Shown here: piece after piece, positions 26,259 through 38,128 of the stretch
Layout: each line of letters starts with the position of its first letter
Position numbering within the stretch: position 1 is the stretch's first letter
NCBI GenBank assembly: GCA_964016885.1
Contig: OZ024764.1
Coordinates: 7,130,001 to 7,194,000, forward strand
DNA length: 64,000 nt
DNA from: Eledone cirrhosa
Taxonomy: Eukaryota
Direction of reading: 5' to 3'
Translations under genes and position numbers: made by a program
Notes under the pieces: model-generated
Told to the model about the DNA's origin: nothing
Database searches by the model: none
What the model saw: only the letters and a program-made list of their open reading frames with translations

Positions 26259-26364
26259 CTATTTCCCCCAAAATAACAATTTCGATTCTGGATTCATCTT
26301 GGTTCCTCTTTTACATTTGAATGCCTCAGCAAATTCTTTACTGTTCTGCAGTGGCACTTGAACC
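26259..26364 (-). CDS. M13 (neprilysin-like) peptidase, last coding exon: (R)VQVPLQNSKEFAEAFKCKRGTKMNPESKLLFWGK*
   Basis: Acceptor ctctttttttcag. Aligns to the neprilysin C-terminus [33 protein letters not shown]. Phase 2 matches the preceding exon. Confidence 0.93.
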
Positions 26365-26394
26365 CTGAAAAAAAGAGAAGAAAGGGACTTGATA

Positions 26395-26710
26395 GAATTT
26401 ATAGAGAGAATAATTTTGAGAGTACATAGAACTGAAAATACAGTTCATAGAGTACATATGGCTCTAAGTACAGTTTATAGAGTACATATGACTGAAAGTA
26501 CAGTTTATAGAGTACATATGACTGAAAGTACAGTTTATAGAGTACATAGGACTATAAGTACAATTTATAGAGTACATGGGGCTGAAAGTACAGTTTATAG
26601 TGTACATGTAACTGTAAGTATAATTTATAGAGAGTATAAATTGTAGAGTACATAGGATTAAGAGTACAATTTTATAGAGAGAATAATTTGGAGATTACAT
26701 AGGACTGATA
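26395..26710. repeat. degenerate 30-bp tandem repeat
   Basis: TATAGAGTACATATGACTGAAAGTACAGTT-like units. Confidence 0.8.
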
Positions 26711-26990
26711 TGGCCATTATATGAGATACCTAAGATATTGTGGTAGTATCATCTCATTTCTAGTGCCTGTATCTATCTCTGTATCTCTACAGTGAGGGTT
26801 CCATGACTTACATGTGAACCTGGAAGCTTGAGATTACCAGTAACCAGAACTGGATTTTCAAATGAACTACTGGAAAATGAAACAATTACTAAAACTACAA
26901 ATGATGATGATGATGATGATTGGTTGCATTTTGGGATTTGTAAAGATAAAGAAAATTACAAAATTTTAAAACCAAAACTTTTTCAATTAC

Positions 26991-27052
26991 CTTAATTTAT
27001 TTGGAGAGTAAGTATCAAATTCGTCATTAGGATTCTCAGCTGAACACCATGT
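26991..27052 (-). CDS. M13 peptidase exon: TWCSAENPNDEFDTYSPNKL(R)
   Basis: ttttggcag / gtaatt boundaries, 62 nt. Aligns to VWC...DVHSPGNFR. Confidence 0.9.
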
Positions 27053-27817
27053 CTGCCAAAAGCAAAGGAAACAAGACTCTTATGAAACAATACAGTAAAC
27101 TGAATGTCTGAATGTTAGGAGTTGTAATTACTTCCAAGTTCCAGTCAATATTTTCCCCTATTATTATAGTAAAGTATTTTTGGATCATTTTCACAGGTGA
27201 TGGAAAGCAGGAGGCTGAATTAAATGAAAAACCTGCAGGGGCTGGTGTAATAATGTGCCAGCTACACCACTCTTTCATCAGAAGAAGGGAGGTAGGTGTA
27301 TGAGCCAAATTTTCTATCTTCAATACAGTGATTCTGCCTACCCTTTACCTAAGTCACAAGTATGATTGTAAATACAAATAGCTGAGATGGGCTTCCTCCC
27401 AATAGGGTTCATAGATCAGAGATTAGGGAGTCACTCCAGGTAGATTATGATAATCTGCTAACGGTTTTCAAATACAAATATAGGTCATATCGTCTTATAT
27501 ATATCTCTAGGCAGTGAATTAACAGAATCCTGAGAACATAAGTTACAATGCTTTGAGGTATTTATTTTGGTTTTCTGCATTCTGAGTTCAAATCCCACAT
27601 TCATCCTTTTGATTTATTTTGATGAATGAAGTAGCAGTCATATATTGGGGATGATTCTTTCTCTAACATTCTCAAACCACTTAGCAATCACAATAGAGAT
27701 TATAATAAAGTAGCAGTCATGTATTGGGGTTCATTCTTTCACTATCTGTAGTTGTCAATAAATAGAGACTTCCTCTATCTTTGATGTTAAAAAGTACCGT
27801 ATCAGTGAAGTATAATC

Positions 27818-28836
27818 TAGACATAACTATCACCACTGTGGTACACTTACTACACTGTTATCTAGACATGTCTATCACCACTGTGGTACACTTACTACAC
27901 TGTTATCTAGACATGTCTATCACCACTGTGGTACACTTACTACACTGTTATATAGACATGTCTATCACCACTGTGGTACACTTACTACACTGTTATATAG
28001 ACATGTCTATCACCACTGTGGTACGCTTACTACACTGTTATATAGACATATCTATCACCACTGTGGTACACTTACTACACTGTTATATAGACATGTCTAT
28101 CACCACTGTGGTACACTTACTACACTGTTATATAGACATATCTATCACCACTGTGGTACACTTACTACACTGTTATATAGACATGTCTATCACCACTGTG
28201 GTACACTTACTACACTGTTATATAGACATGTCTATCACCACTGCGGTACACTTACTACACTGTTATATAGACATGTCTATCACCACTGTGGTACACTTAC
28301 TACACTGTTATATAGACATATCTATCACCACTGTGGTACGCTTACTACACTGTTATATAGACATATCTATCACCACTGTGGTACACTTACTACACTGTTA
28401 TATAGACATGTCTATCACCACTGTGGTACACTTACTACACTGTTATCTAGACATGTCTATCACCACTGTGGTACACTTACTACACTGTTATATAGACATG
28501 TCTATCACCACTGTGGTACGCTTACTACACTGTTATATAGACATATCTATCACCACTGTGGTACACTTACTACACTGTTATATAGACATGTCTATCACCA
28601 CTGTGGTACACTTACTACACTGTTATATAGACATATCTATCACCACTGTGGTACACTTACTACACTGTTATATAGACATGTCTATCACCACTGTGGTACA
28701 CTTACTACACTGTTATATAGACATGTCTATCACCACTGTGGTACACTTACTACACTGTTATATAGACATATCTATCACCACTGTGGTACACTTACTACAA
28801 TGTTATCTAGACATCACCACTGTGGTACACTTACTA
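27818..28836. repeat. 45-bp minisatellite, ~22 copies (intronic)
   Basis: Unit AGACATGTCTATCACCACTGTGGTACACTTACTACACTGTTATAT. Confidence 0.96.
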
Positions 28837-29325
28837 TATTGGATGTCTATAGTATAAGTACAAAATACTTATTCATGGTACTATATCTTTATATTCTTAT
28901 GGTATGGTACCGTAACTCCTGATGGAGTCGTAAGAGGGCCATCGTGACATACAGCATTTCTTGGGCATTTTGAACCTGGCAGAGCTAATCCCTCTCCAGG
29001 TCTAAAAACAGTAGATTTCTTCCAGAAAATGATAGATAGTTAGAGAGAAGAAATGAGAAAGAGATATAGAAGAAGAACTGACCCTAATACTGGACTAGTA
29101 TTTTTTTATCAACTTCAAATGGATGAAAAACAAAATTCACCCCAATGGGGTTTGAACTCAGAGAGCTGGAATGAATACTACAATGCATTCTATCTGCCGC
29201 TCTAATGGCAATGCCAAGTATCCTTATACATGGTAATATAACTTTATATGTAGTATTTTATCCTTAATCCTGGTACTATATTCTTATACGTGGCACTAAA
29301 TATGTCAGCATAATTCCACACTTAC

Positions 29326-29421
29326 CTGTGCATATGTGAAAAATAGTAATTGTAAGTCTGTCATTTGCTCTTTAAATTGTTCTTCCATGCGTTTCTCTTT
29401 TGCCTTCCATGCCAAATAAGC
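29326..29421 (-). CDS. M13 peptidase exon: AYLAWKAKEKRMEEQFKEQMTDLQLLFFTYAQ
   Basis: ccag / gtaagt boundaries, 96 nt, phase 0-0. Aligns to AY...QLFFLNFAQ. Confidence 0.9.
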
Positions 29422-29480
29422 CTGGTGTAACATAGCAAGTGGAATATTTTAGTCAACATTATCTTCATTGGATCAAATAA

Positions 29481-29688
29481 CCCTTTCACATTTACATTAC
29501 TCTATATATACTATTGTATTTTTGTGCTATAGGCTTTACCTCACATAATATCGAATCTATGAGATTTTGATATTATTTATTTTGAGAAAAATACATTAAC
29601 ATCAGTATGACTGGCCAGTTACAGCTGGTTTGAACAGAAAGAGGTGAGAGAATTCTGGCCGGATACAGCCGGTTTAAATGTTAAAGGA
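29481..29688. mobile_element. MITE with CCCTTT...AAAGGA ends (piggyBac-like)
   Basis: Imperfect TIRs CCCTTTCACATTTA / TAAATGTTAAAGGA and degenerate TTAA flanks. A second copy lies at 52640-53349. Confidence 0.65.
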
Positions 29689-29803
29689 TTCAATACATTA
29701 TTAAAGCTCTTTAAACTTTTCAAATCATATGAACATCTCAAATGCTATTCAACCCAGGGAAACCATGACATATAGAAGGTACAAATTATTAAAAACACTA
29801 AAG

Positions 29804-30260
29804 CAGTGGTTCCCAACATTTTGTGCACCATGCCCCACCTCAACACCTTCAAAATTGTTATGCCCCCTTTGATATGAAAATGCTCTCCTTTGGTATGAAA
29901 ATGCTGTCCTTTGGTATGAAAATGCTCTCCTTTGATATGAAAATACTCTCCTTTGGTATGAAAATGCTCTCCTTTGATAAGAAAATACTCTCCTTTGGTA
30001 TGAAAATGCTCTCCTTTGATAAGAAAATACTCTCCTTTGGTATGAAAATGCTCTCCTTTGGTATGAAAATACTCTCCTTTGGTATGAAAATGCTCTCCTT
30101 TGATATGAAAACAGCAATGATGAAGTGTAAAGGTGGTGCTAGATGCACAATAACACGTGAAGGAAGGGAGATAGGAATTTTGACAATGTGTACTAAAGCT
30201 GCTTGGTGTATAGTAAAAGTGACCTACTGTGAGGCATGAGCCCCTTGTTGGGAATCACTG
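29804..30260. mobile_element. hAT-type MITE with 8-bp TSD, containing a 21-bp tandem array
   Basis: TIRs CAGTGGTTCCCAAC / GTTGGGAATCACTG. TSD CACTAAAG at 29796-29803 and 30261-30268. About 11 copies of CTCCTTTGGTATGAAAATGCT at 29865-30110. Confidence 0.9.
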
Positions 30261-30854
30261 CACTAAAGGCAATAGAAATTTAAGTGATACCCCTCCTCAA
30301 ACAGACTAAAGACAAACTCACAACCTTGAGCTGAATACCCTAACCACAAAGCCACGTGCCTTGAAATGTAAGTAGCTGAGTATTCCACACACGTTTACCC
30401 TTGATGTAGTTCCCAGGGAGATTCAGCAAGACATTGTATGACAGCCATGACCCTTGAATTACAGCTATACTTCATATTGTGCAATGGTATAAGTAGCTGA
30501 GCATTCCACAGACACATGTACCCATAATGTAATTCCCAGGGAGATTCAGAAAGGTATGACAGGCTGGCCCCTTGAATTTCTGTTATCACTCATTTTTTTC
30601 TGTGTTGACTGTGGCATGGTGAAATAAAAATAAAGTGTCTTGTTCAAGGACACGACAAAATGTCAGAGGTTGAAGTCACAAATTCACGACCTTGAGCCAA
30701 ACACTCTAACCACTAAGCCACATACATTCACACATATTCTTTTTAATACTGGGGTCGATACAATCAACTTTCTGTGCCCACAAATTGTCGGCCTTATGAC
30801 TAAGTTAGAAATTATTATACAAGAAAACATCCCATAAATGATATTTCAACAAAC

Positions 30855-30920
30855 CTTATAAGCTATCTTTATTGCCCCTAGATCAGCGATATTTTCTTGT
30901 GTCACCTTTTCCAAGTTAGT
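30855..30920 (-). CDS. M13 peptidase exon: TNLEKVTQENIADLGAIKIAYK (third zinc ligand, ENIAD)
   Basis: tttgcag / gtttgt boundaries, 66 nt. ENIADxG motif. Confidence 0.93.
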
Positions 30921-30952
30921 CTGCAAATTTCAAAAAGTCTCCAGATAAGATT

Positions 30953-31005
<53 letters not shown>

Positions 31006-31151
31006 TCATCGTCATCATTTAATATCTATTCTTTTCAATGATTATGATATATATATAAATATAAATAGTTAGTTGTTATACAATCAGCTGACTTTTATAT
31101 AACGGATGTCAAGCACTCAACAGTATATATTTATCCAGAGTATTATAATAA

Positions 31152-31443
31152 TAATAAATGAAAGATAGTTAATTAAGATCATCTCTATTTTATTATACAT
31201 ATTTCGCAGATGCAAGGCTGATATATAACATAATCCAAAATATGTTCTCGTCAGACAAAATACATAGAAGATGTAGGTTTCTTGTGATATACTGGCGGTC
31301 AAACGAGTTGGACAGATCCTGCATCTTCGATGCATTTTGTCCGACGAGAACATGTTTTGGATTATGTTATATATCAGCCTTGCATCTTTGAAATATATAT
31401 AATAAAATAGAGATGATCTAAAGTAACTATCTTTTGTTTATTA
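31152..31443. repeat. long inverted repeat, ~125-bp arms (31152-31277 / 31318-31443)
   Basis: The arms are reverse complements with scattered mismatches and a 40-nt spacer. Confidence 0.92.
31186..31262 (-). ncRNA. minimal hammerhead-like motif, sense to the M13 pre-mRNA; degenerate partner on + at 31333-31409
   Basis: The minus strand reads TATTTTGT CTGACGA [42 nt] GAAA TATGTA TA ATAAAATA. Stem II pairing is poor. The plus copy has CCGACGA. Confidence 0.5.
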
Positions 31444-32834
31444 AGGAAAAGTGGATGTAAAATGATGATGATGATATATATATATATATTTCGTTTATTG
31501 GCAGCATGACCCCTCCCAAAGTATAACAATATATATACACACACACACACATACAAACTTCAATGAAAATACAAGAAAGTCGTATTCCAATCACCTCTTT
31601 AATTGTTTCACAATAACATAATACATATTTCTGTGGCTGGCTTACATCATCAGACCATGACACAACATTTGTCATCAGATGTATTGAATATGAAAGATTT
31701 AGATAAATCATCCCTATTGGGTTACAGTAAAATATGAACAAGGAATTGAGACAAAACATTAATACAGAAGTGGCCCTGCTAGCGATGCCATACGATAATC
31801 ACCACCAGTACATGCTATGAAGTGGTTGGTTATAAGAAGGGTATCTGGCCTTAGAAAGCTTGCCAAACAAAGGGATTTAGTTGTGTCAAGAACACGACAG
31901 CCTTCTTAGTGTTGGTGATCTACATGATAAACAGACCCAGTACATGTTGTAAAGTAGTTGGTGATAGGGAGGGCATCCAGCTGTAGTAAGCTTGTCAAAC
32001 AAAGGAATGGAGGATCTTTCAGTTGTGTCAAAGACATGGCAGCCTCTCTTGTGCTGGTACCATGATAAAATGGACTTGATAGAAGATGGAACTGTATGTA
32101 AGGGAAATGTGAACCTCTGGCTTCTCTGGGAGTTCAGTAGCCATGCTTTAGTACAGACTCAGTCTGTGAAGACCCATCCCACCCTTGTTAGCTGGGAAAG
32201 TAGACATTAAATGATTATCATGATGTATAAGGGGACGGACTGTTATAGGTCCTAGACTGAATTTGTCCATCCCCTTGCCAATAGACTGTATTGTATTAGA
32301 AATGTTACATAACAATCATATTATGTAAGATGTTGTTTGATGAAGTTGTGTTAATGGTTGTGTGATGGCAGCATTATGTAATTATTAAGACCATAGAAAT
32401 ATGTATTATGTCAGATTATGAATAAAATGGCAGTGTGATATGGCCTTAACTGCAGAAGACCTGAGAAGACTAGAAAAAAATGAAGTATGCCTGCTCAGAT
32501 GTGTAATATTAGTGTGCATGAACGACACAGCATAAGTGAGTTGTGAGCAAAACTTGGCATGAGCTGAATTGGATGTATTGAGCCAGAAAAAAGACTATAA
32601 TGGAATGGACATGCGGTGTACATGTAGGATGACAGCTGTATAAAGAGGTGCAGAGAAATCTCAGTGGATGGAACTCATGGAAGAGGCAGACCCAAGAAAT
32701 CATAGGATTAGGTAGTGAGGGCTGACTGACTTTAAGAAGCTGAATCCCACAACAGAGGTGACAAAGTTCCATGAGGGCTTCCTTAGTGCTTGTGATCCAC
32801 ATGATAAAAGATCACCCAGTACACTTGTATAAAG

Positions 32835-33760
32835 TGATTGGTGATAGGAAAGACACCTAGATTTAGAAAACTTCAGTTATACCAAGTGTTGGTGATAGGA
32901 AAGGTACCTAGCTATAGACAACTTCAGTTATGCCAAGTGTTGGTGATAGGAAAGGTACCTAGCTATAGACAACTTCAGTTATGCCAAGTGTTGGTGATAG
33001 GAAAGGTACCTAGCTATAGACAACTTCAGTTATACCAAGTGTTGGTGATAGGAAAGGTACCTAGCTATAGAAAACTTCAGTTATACCAAGTGTTGGTGAT
33101 AGGAAAGACACTTAGATTTAGAAAACTTCAGTTATGCCAAGTGTTGGTGATAGGAAAGGTACCTAGCTATAGACAACTTCAGTTATGCCAAGTGTTGGTG
33201 ATAGGAAAGGCACCTAGCTATAGACAACTTCACTTATGCCAAGTATTGGTGATAGGAAAGGTATCTAGCTATAGAAAACTTTAGTTATGCCAAGTGTTGG
33301 TGATAGGAAAGGTACCTAGCTATAGACAACTTCAGTTATACCAAGTGTTGGTGATAGGAAAGGTACCTAGCTATAGACAACTTCAGTTATACCAAGTGTT
33401 GGTGTTAGGAAAGGTACCTAGCTATAGACAACTTCAGTTATGCCAAGTGTTGGTGATAGGAAAGGTACCTACCTAGCTATAGACAACTTCAGTTATACCA
33501 AGTGTTGGTGATAGGAAAGGTACCTAGCTATAGACAACTTCAGTTATGCAAAGTGTTGGTGATAGGAAAGGTACCTAGCTATAGACAACTTCACTTATGC
33601 CAAGTGTTGGTGATAGGAAAGGTACCTACCTAGCTATAGACAACTTCAGTTATACCAAGTGTTGGTGATAGGAAAGGTACCTAGCTATAGACAACTGCAG
33701 TTATACCAAGTGTTGGTGATAGGAAAGGTACCTAGCTATAGACAACTTCAGTTATGCCAA
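32835..33760. repeat. 51-bp minisatellite, ~18 copies, related to the RTE tail motif
   Basis: Unit GTGTTGGTGATAGGAAAGGTACCTAGCTATAGACAACTTCAGTTATGCCAA resembles GGTTGGTGTTAGGAAGGGCATCCAGCTGTAGAAA (61722-61755). It is embedded in degenerate RTE sequence at 31800-34010. Confidence 0.92.
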
Positions 33761-34127
33761 GGACATGGCATCTTCTTAAGTGTTAATTACACAATAAACA
33801 ATCGCCCAGTACACTTGTGGAAAGTGGTTGGTGATAGAAGAGGCACCTAGCTATAGAATACTTGCCAAACAAAGAGCTTGGAGGATCTTCAGCTATGCCA
33901 AGTATATAACTTTCCTGGTATTAATGCCATGATAAAATACACCAAGTCTGTGACAACATGTCCAACCCTTGCAAGCAGGGAAAATGGACACTAAACGATG
34001 ATGATGAATCTGTATAAGCAACACATGGTCACCTGGCTTGGCTAACCCCATAACGTGACAGCCTATCTAACCCATGTAAGTATGGAAAATAGACATTAAT
34101 CATTGATGATGATGATGATGATGGTGA

Positions 34128-34266
34128 TAATTGTTTCTACTTTTGGCACAAGGCCAGCAATTATCTCAGTGTATTACTGGTACTTTATTTTATCGACCCC
34201 GTAGGGATGGAAGGCAAAGTTAACCTCGGCGGGATTTGAACTCAGACCATAAAGGGCCGTAACTCT
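34128..34266 (-). mobile_element. tRNA-derived SINE fragment
   Basis: Reverse complement of the 13895-14020 SINE body. Confidence 0.8.
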
Positions 34267-34294
34267 GATGATGGTGATAATGATGATAACTTAC

Positions 34295-34410
34295 TGTCTC
34301 GTTTGGTGATTTCAACTGGTATTTGCTGTATATATTAGCAACAGAATTTTTCAACTCGAAGTATTTCGGTCGAGAAGAATCATTCAGCCATTGAACAGTG
34401 GAGTTTTCAT
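34295..34410 (-). CDS. M13 peptidase exon: (D)ENSTVQWLNDSSRPKYFELKNSVANIYSKYQLKSPNET
   Basis: tttatttcag / gtaagt boundaries, 116 nt. Phase 1-0 fits both neighbours. Aligns to [21 protein letters not shown]. Confidence 0.88.
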
Positions 34411-34505
34411 CTGAAATAAATTGAATTACAGTATTAAACATGTGAATTATAGAATATTCTTAACATCTGGATTACTGTATATACTTGTATATAAGCCAAG
34501 AAATA

Positions 34506-35730
34506 TCATCATCATCATCATCATTACCGTTTTACGTCCGTTCTTCCATACTAGCATGGGTTAGACGGGTTGTCCTGTTGTGGGCAGTGTCTGGTCGGCT
34601 GACCATGCCTTGCTCATACAGGAACTGATTTGGTTTGATTTCTACAGCTGGATGCCCTTCCTAACACCAACCTCATTTACAGTGAGTGCTGGGTGCTTTT
34701 TCGTGGCGCCTACACGTCCACTTTACAGTGTGGGCTGGGTGCTTTTTTGCCGTGGCACCTCCACGACCACCTTGCGGTGGGGGGTGTGGGGGCATATTGT
34801 CTATATGCTTCAGCTTGTACTCATGGGTGGCCGGGTACTCTGTATTAGTGCGTGACGCCAGAGGTCACGGTCGTGTGTCATCGCCTTGGATAGGTGTAAT
34901 TGGACAAGGTCGGCTTTTATCACCTCATCCCAGGTCATCATTGGTCTCCCCACTCCACGGTCTCCATTGACTTCTAGTGCTCTGCACCTTTTTATGCAGC
35001 TGTCATCCTTCATACGCATCACATGTCCATACCAACGCAACCGCCTCTCCTGCACACAGCATTTGATTCCTCTTATGCTCAGTCTCTCTCTCAATTCATT
35101 TATACTTTGTCGTTCGCGTATATTACTATTACACATCCATCGGAGCATGCAAGCTTCGTTTCTTTCTAATCTACGTAAGTCTTCCACCTTCAGCGCCCAG
35201 GTCTCACTACCATGTAACATTGCTGTTCGGATACACGCATCATACAGTCTGCCTTTCATTTTGAGGGAGAAGCCTTTTGCAGCCAGCAGTGGCAGTAGAT
35301 CCCTGAACTTCTTCCATCTTGTTCTTACCCTAGTTATTGTACTTTCTGAACACCCACCTCCGCTGCTAATTCGGTCACCTAGGTAGCAGAAGCTGTCTAC
35401 TGTTTCTACAGAGCCCTCCCAGAGATTGGTGGTACTTGTTTCCTGTGGCTGTTTGCTGCTTGCTGTCCCAGCACAGCTGCTGCATGTGAAGCCTACATTC
35501 TTAATTAAGCTTCCTGAGATCCTGCTACATCTCTTGTGTACCCATTGTTTACATTTGGGGCAGAGAATGGAGTTCCTACCTACACCTTTCCTACATACTG
35601 AGCAAGGCCATTTCCCTGAGGGGATCTGGGTTCTGTTTTCTCGTCTACTTACAAGGATCTTAGTCTTTGTCATGTTGACTTTGAGACCCTTTCTTTCTAG
35701 TCCCTGCTTCCAAGTTTGGAATTTCTTCTC
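34506..35730 (-). mobile_element. 5'-truncated RTE LINE with (GAT)n tail (intronic)
   Basis: The 287-aa ORF is nearly identical to the C-terminal part of 59519-61591, and the 3' UTR is the same. Confidence 0.95.
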
Positions 35731-36261
35731 TATATGTGATAAAATATTGACAGTATAATGGGAGCTGATTTAAATTCAAGGTCAACATTTTGCCTATTTT
35801 CACCAACTTTGGATGTGAATATTACACCTGTTTCACTTTGGGGTGGAATTTGTTTTTCTTATTGCTTTCTGTATTTTGAATGAATATGGCCTTCAAAGGA
35901 GCCAGAAATTGGTAAAAACATTATGTAATGGAGTTGTGAAACAAAAACAATTCTTTAAATGACACTTAAAACCTTTTAAATATCAAAATATTAAAACTTT
36001 GTAAATATATTCTCCATTCATGAGAATTTCACAACTGCACCATCTAAACGTGTTGATAACCTGTCTTGGCTTATAAAGGGGGTTTGGATTTTTGCCTATT
36101 TCTCAAACACAAAATAGGGGGTCGGCTTAATTTGGATCTGCTTATATTCAAGTATATGGTAACTTAGTAGCAGTACATATCCCATTATGAAGACATGTAA
36201 TTTAATGGTTAAGGTATTGGAGATAGGAAGGGCCAGAGAGATCATGGCAAAATAAAATGGC

Positions 36262-37247
36262 AGTGTTGGTGCCACAATAAAATACACCCAGTACACTCTG
36301 TAAAGTGGTAGTGTTGGTACCACAATAAACTTAACCCAGTACACTCTGTAAAGTGGTAGTGTTGGTACCACAATAAACTTAACCCAGTACACTCTGTAAA
36401 GTGGTAGTGTTGGTACCACAATAAACTTAACCCAGTACACTCTGTAAAGTGGTAGTGTTGGTACCACAATAAACTTAACCCAGTACACTCTGTAAAGTGG
36501 TAGTGTTGGTACCACAATAAACTTAACCCAGTACACTCTGTAAAGTGGTAGTGTTGGTACCACAATAAACTTAACCCAGTACACTCTGTAAAGTGGTAGT
36601 GTTGGTACCACAATAAACTTAACCCAGTACACTCTGTAAAGTGGTAGTGTTGGTACCACAATAAACTTAACCCAGTACACTCTGTAAAGTGGTAGTGTTG
36701 GTGTCACAATAAAATACACCCAGTACACTCTGTAAAGTGGTAGTGTTGGTGCCACAAAATACACCCGGTACACTCTGTAAAGTGGTAGTGTTGGTACCAC
36801 AATAAAATACACCCAGTACACTCTGTAAAGTGGTAGTGTTGGTGTCACAATAAAATACACCCAGGACACTCTGTAAAGTGGTAGTGTTGTCAACAAAATA
36901 CACCCAGTACACTCTGTAAAGTGGTAGTGTTGTCACAATAAAATACACCCAGTACACTCTGTATGGTAATGTTGGTGCCACAAAATACACCCAGTACACT
37001 CTGTAAAGTCGTAGTGTCAGTGTCACAATAAAATACACCCAGTACTCTCTGTAAAGTGGTACTGTTGGTGCCACAATAAAATACACCCAGTACTCTCTGT
37101 AAAGTGGTAGTATTGGTGCCACAATAAAATACACCCAGTACTCTCTGTAAAGTGATAGTGTTGGTGCCACAATAAAATACACCCAGTACACTCTGTAATG
37201 TCGTAGTGTTGGTGCCACAATAAAATACACCCAGTACACTCTGTAAA
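36262..37247. repeat. 48-bp minisatellite, ~20 copies, derived from the RTE 3' UTR repeat
   Basis: Unit AGTGTTGGTGCCACAATAAAATACACCCAGTACACTCTGTAAAGTGGT compared with GGTGCCACGGCAAAAAAGCACCCAGCCCACACTGTAAAGTGG at 61635-61676. Confidence 0.93.
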
Positions 37248-37441
37248 GAGGTTAGAGTTAAGAAGGGTTACCAGCCACAGATTATGCCAAATTATTGAAC
37301 ATATGAACAAGTGGATTAATAACAATGTAGCTGAAGTACTTAAGAAAAGGATAAACATGACAACATCTCATTTCTTAGTGTCTGTAATTAGCCGGAATCT
37401 CAATTGAATGACAAGAAATCAATAGATTATTGAATACCTAC

Positions 37442-37509
37442 CATCAATATTGAAAGCATGAAATATTTCGTGTCCAATCACAGTTCCTAATCCACCGAAA
37501 TTAGCAGAC
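37442..37509 (-). CDS. M13 peptidase exon with zinc-binding motif: (M)SANFGGLGTVIGHEIFHAFNID
   Basis: ttttttacag / gtaggt boundaries, 68 nt. NFGGLGxVIGHExxH is the M13 signature. Confidence 0.96.
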
Positions 37510-37591
37510 CTGTAAAAAATAAAATTGTAAATATAAGGAAATGTGTAGTTAGAAATGATGAGCAGGGTATGAAAGTTAGAAGGTTCTTCTT

Positions 37592-37912
37592 CACCATCCC
37601 TACTACCATGACAACAATGATGACAACCACCACCACCACCACCACCACCACCTCCACCATCGTTATCAACACCACCACCATCATTCATTTTCATCACCAC
37701 CACTACCACCACCACCACTAACACCACCACTAACACCACCACCATCACCACGATCATCATCATTATCATCACCACCACTACCACCATCACCAACACTACC
37801 ACTACCACCACCACCACCACTAACACCACCACCACTACCACCATCACCTCCACCACCAATAGTACCACCACCACCACCGCCTCCACTACCACCACCACCA
37901 CTACCACTGCCA
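37592..37912. repeat. (CAC)n-type trinucleotide low-complexity tract (intronic)
   Basis: Directly visible. Confidence 0.95.
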
Positions 37913-38082
37913 CAGCTTCCCTCCATTGAGATCTTCTGGGATCACACACACACACGTAAAATCCAATTTATAAATTAATTAAATATGTTTATCTGAAACT
38001 CAAGACCTTGTAACATTCTTTTACTGCAGGCAAATAACAACTACAACTGCAACAACAATAATTGCATGAATATTGTACTTAC

Positions 38083-38128
38083 ATTATGTTTGAAAATACT
38101 GGCTTTTGCAGCATAGCAGTTGGTATAT
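38083..38128 (-). CDS. M13 peptidase exon (46 nt): (Y)IPTAMLQKPVFSNI(M)
   Basis: gtttctctctag / gtaagt boundaries. Phase 1-2 joins the VNAFY exon to the HExxH exon. Aligns to VFPAGILQPPFF. Confidence 0.92.

Noticed and set aside
27781-28857. 358-aa His/Cys repeat ORF
   Set aside because: A 45-bp intronic minisatellite with no unique coding context.
37419-37955. 178-aa poly-Val/Gly ORF ending in HEIFH
   Set aside because: Only 37442-37509 is exon. The rest is read-through of an intronic (GTG)n tract.
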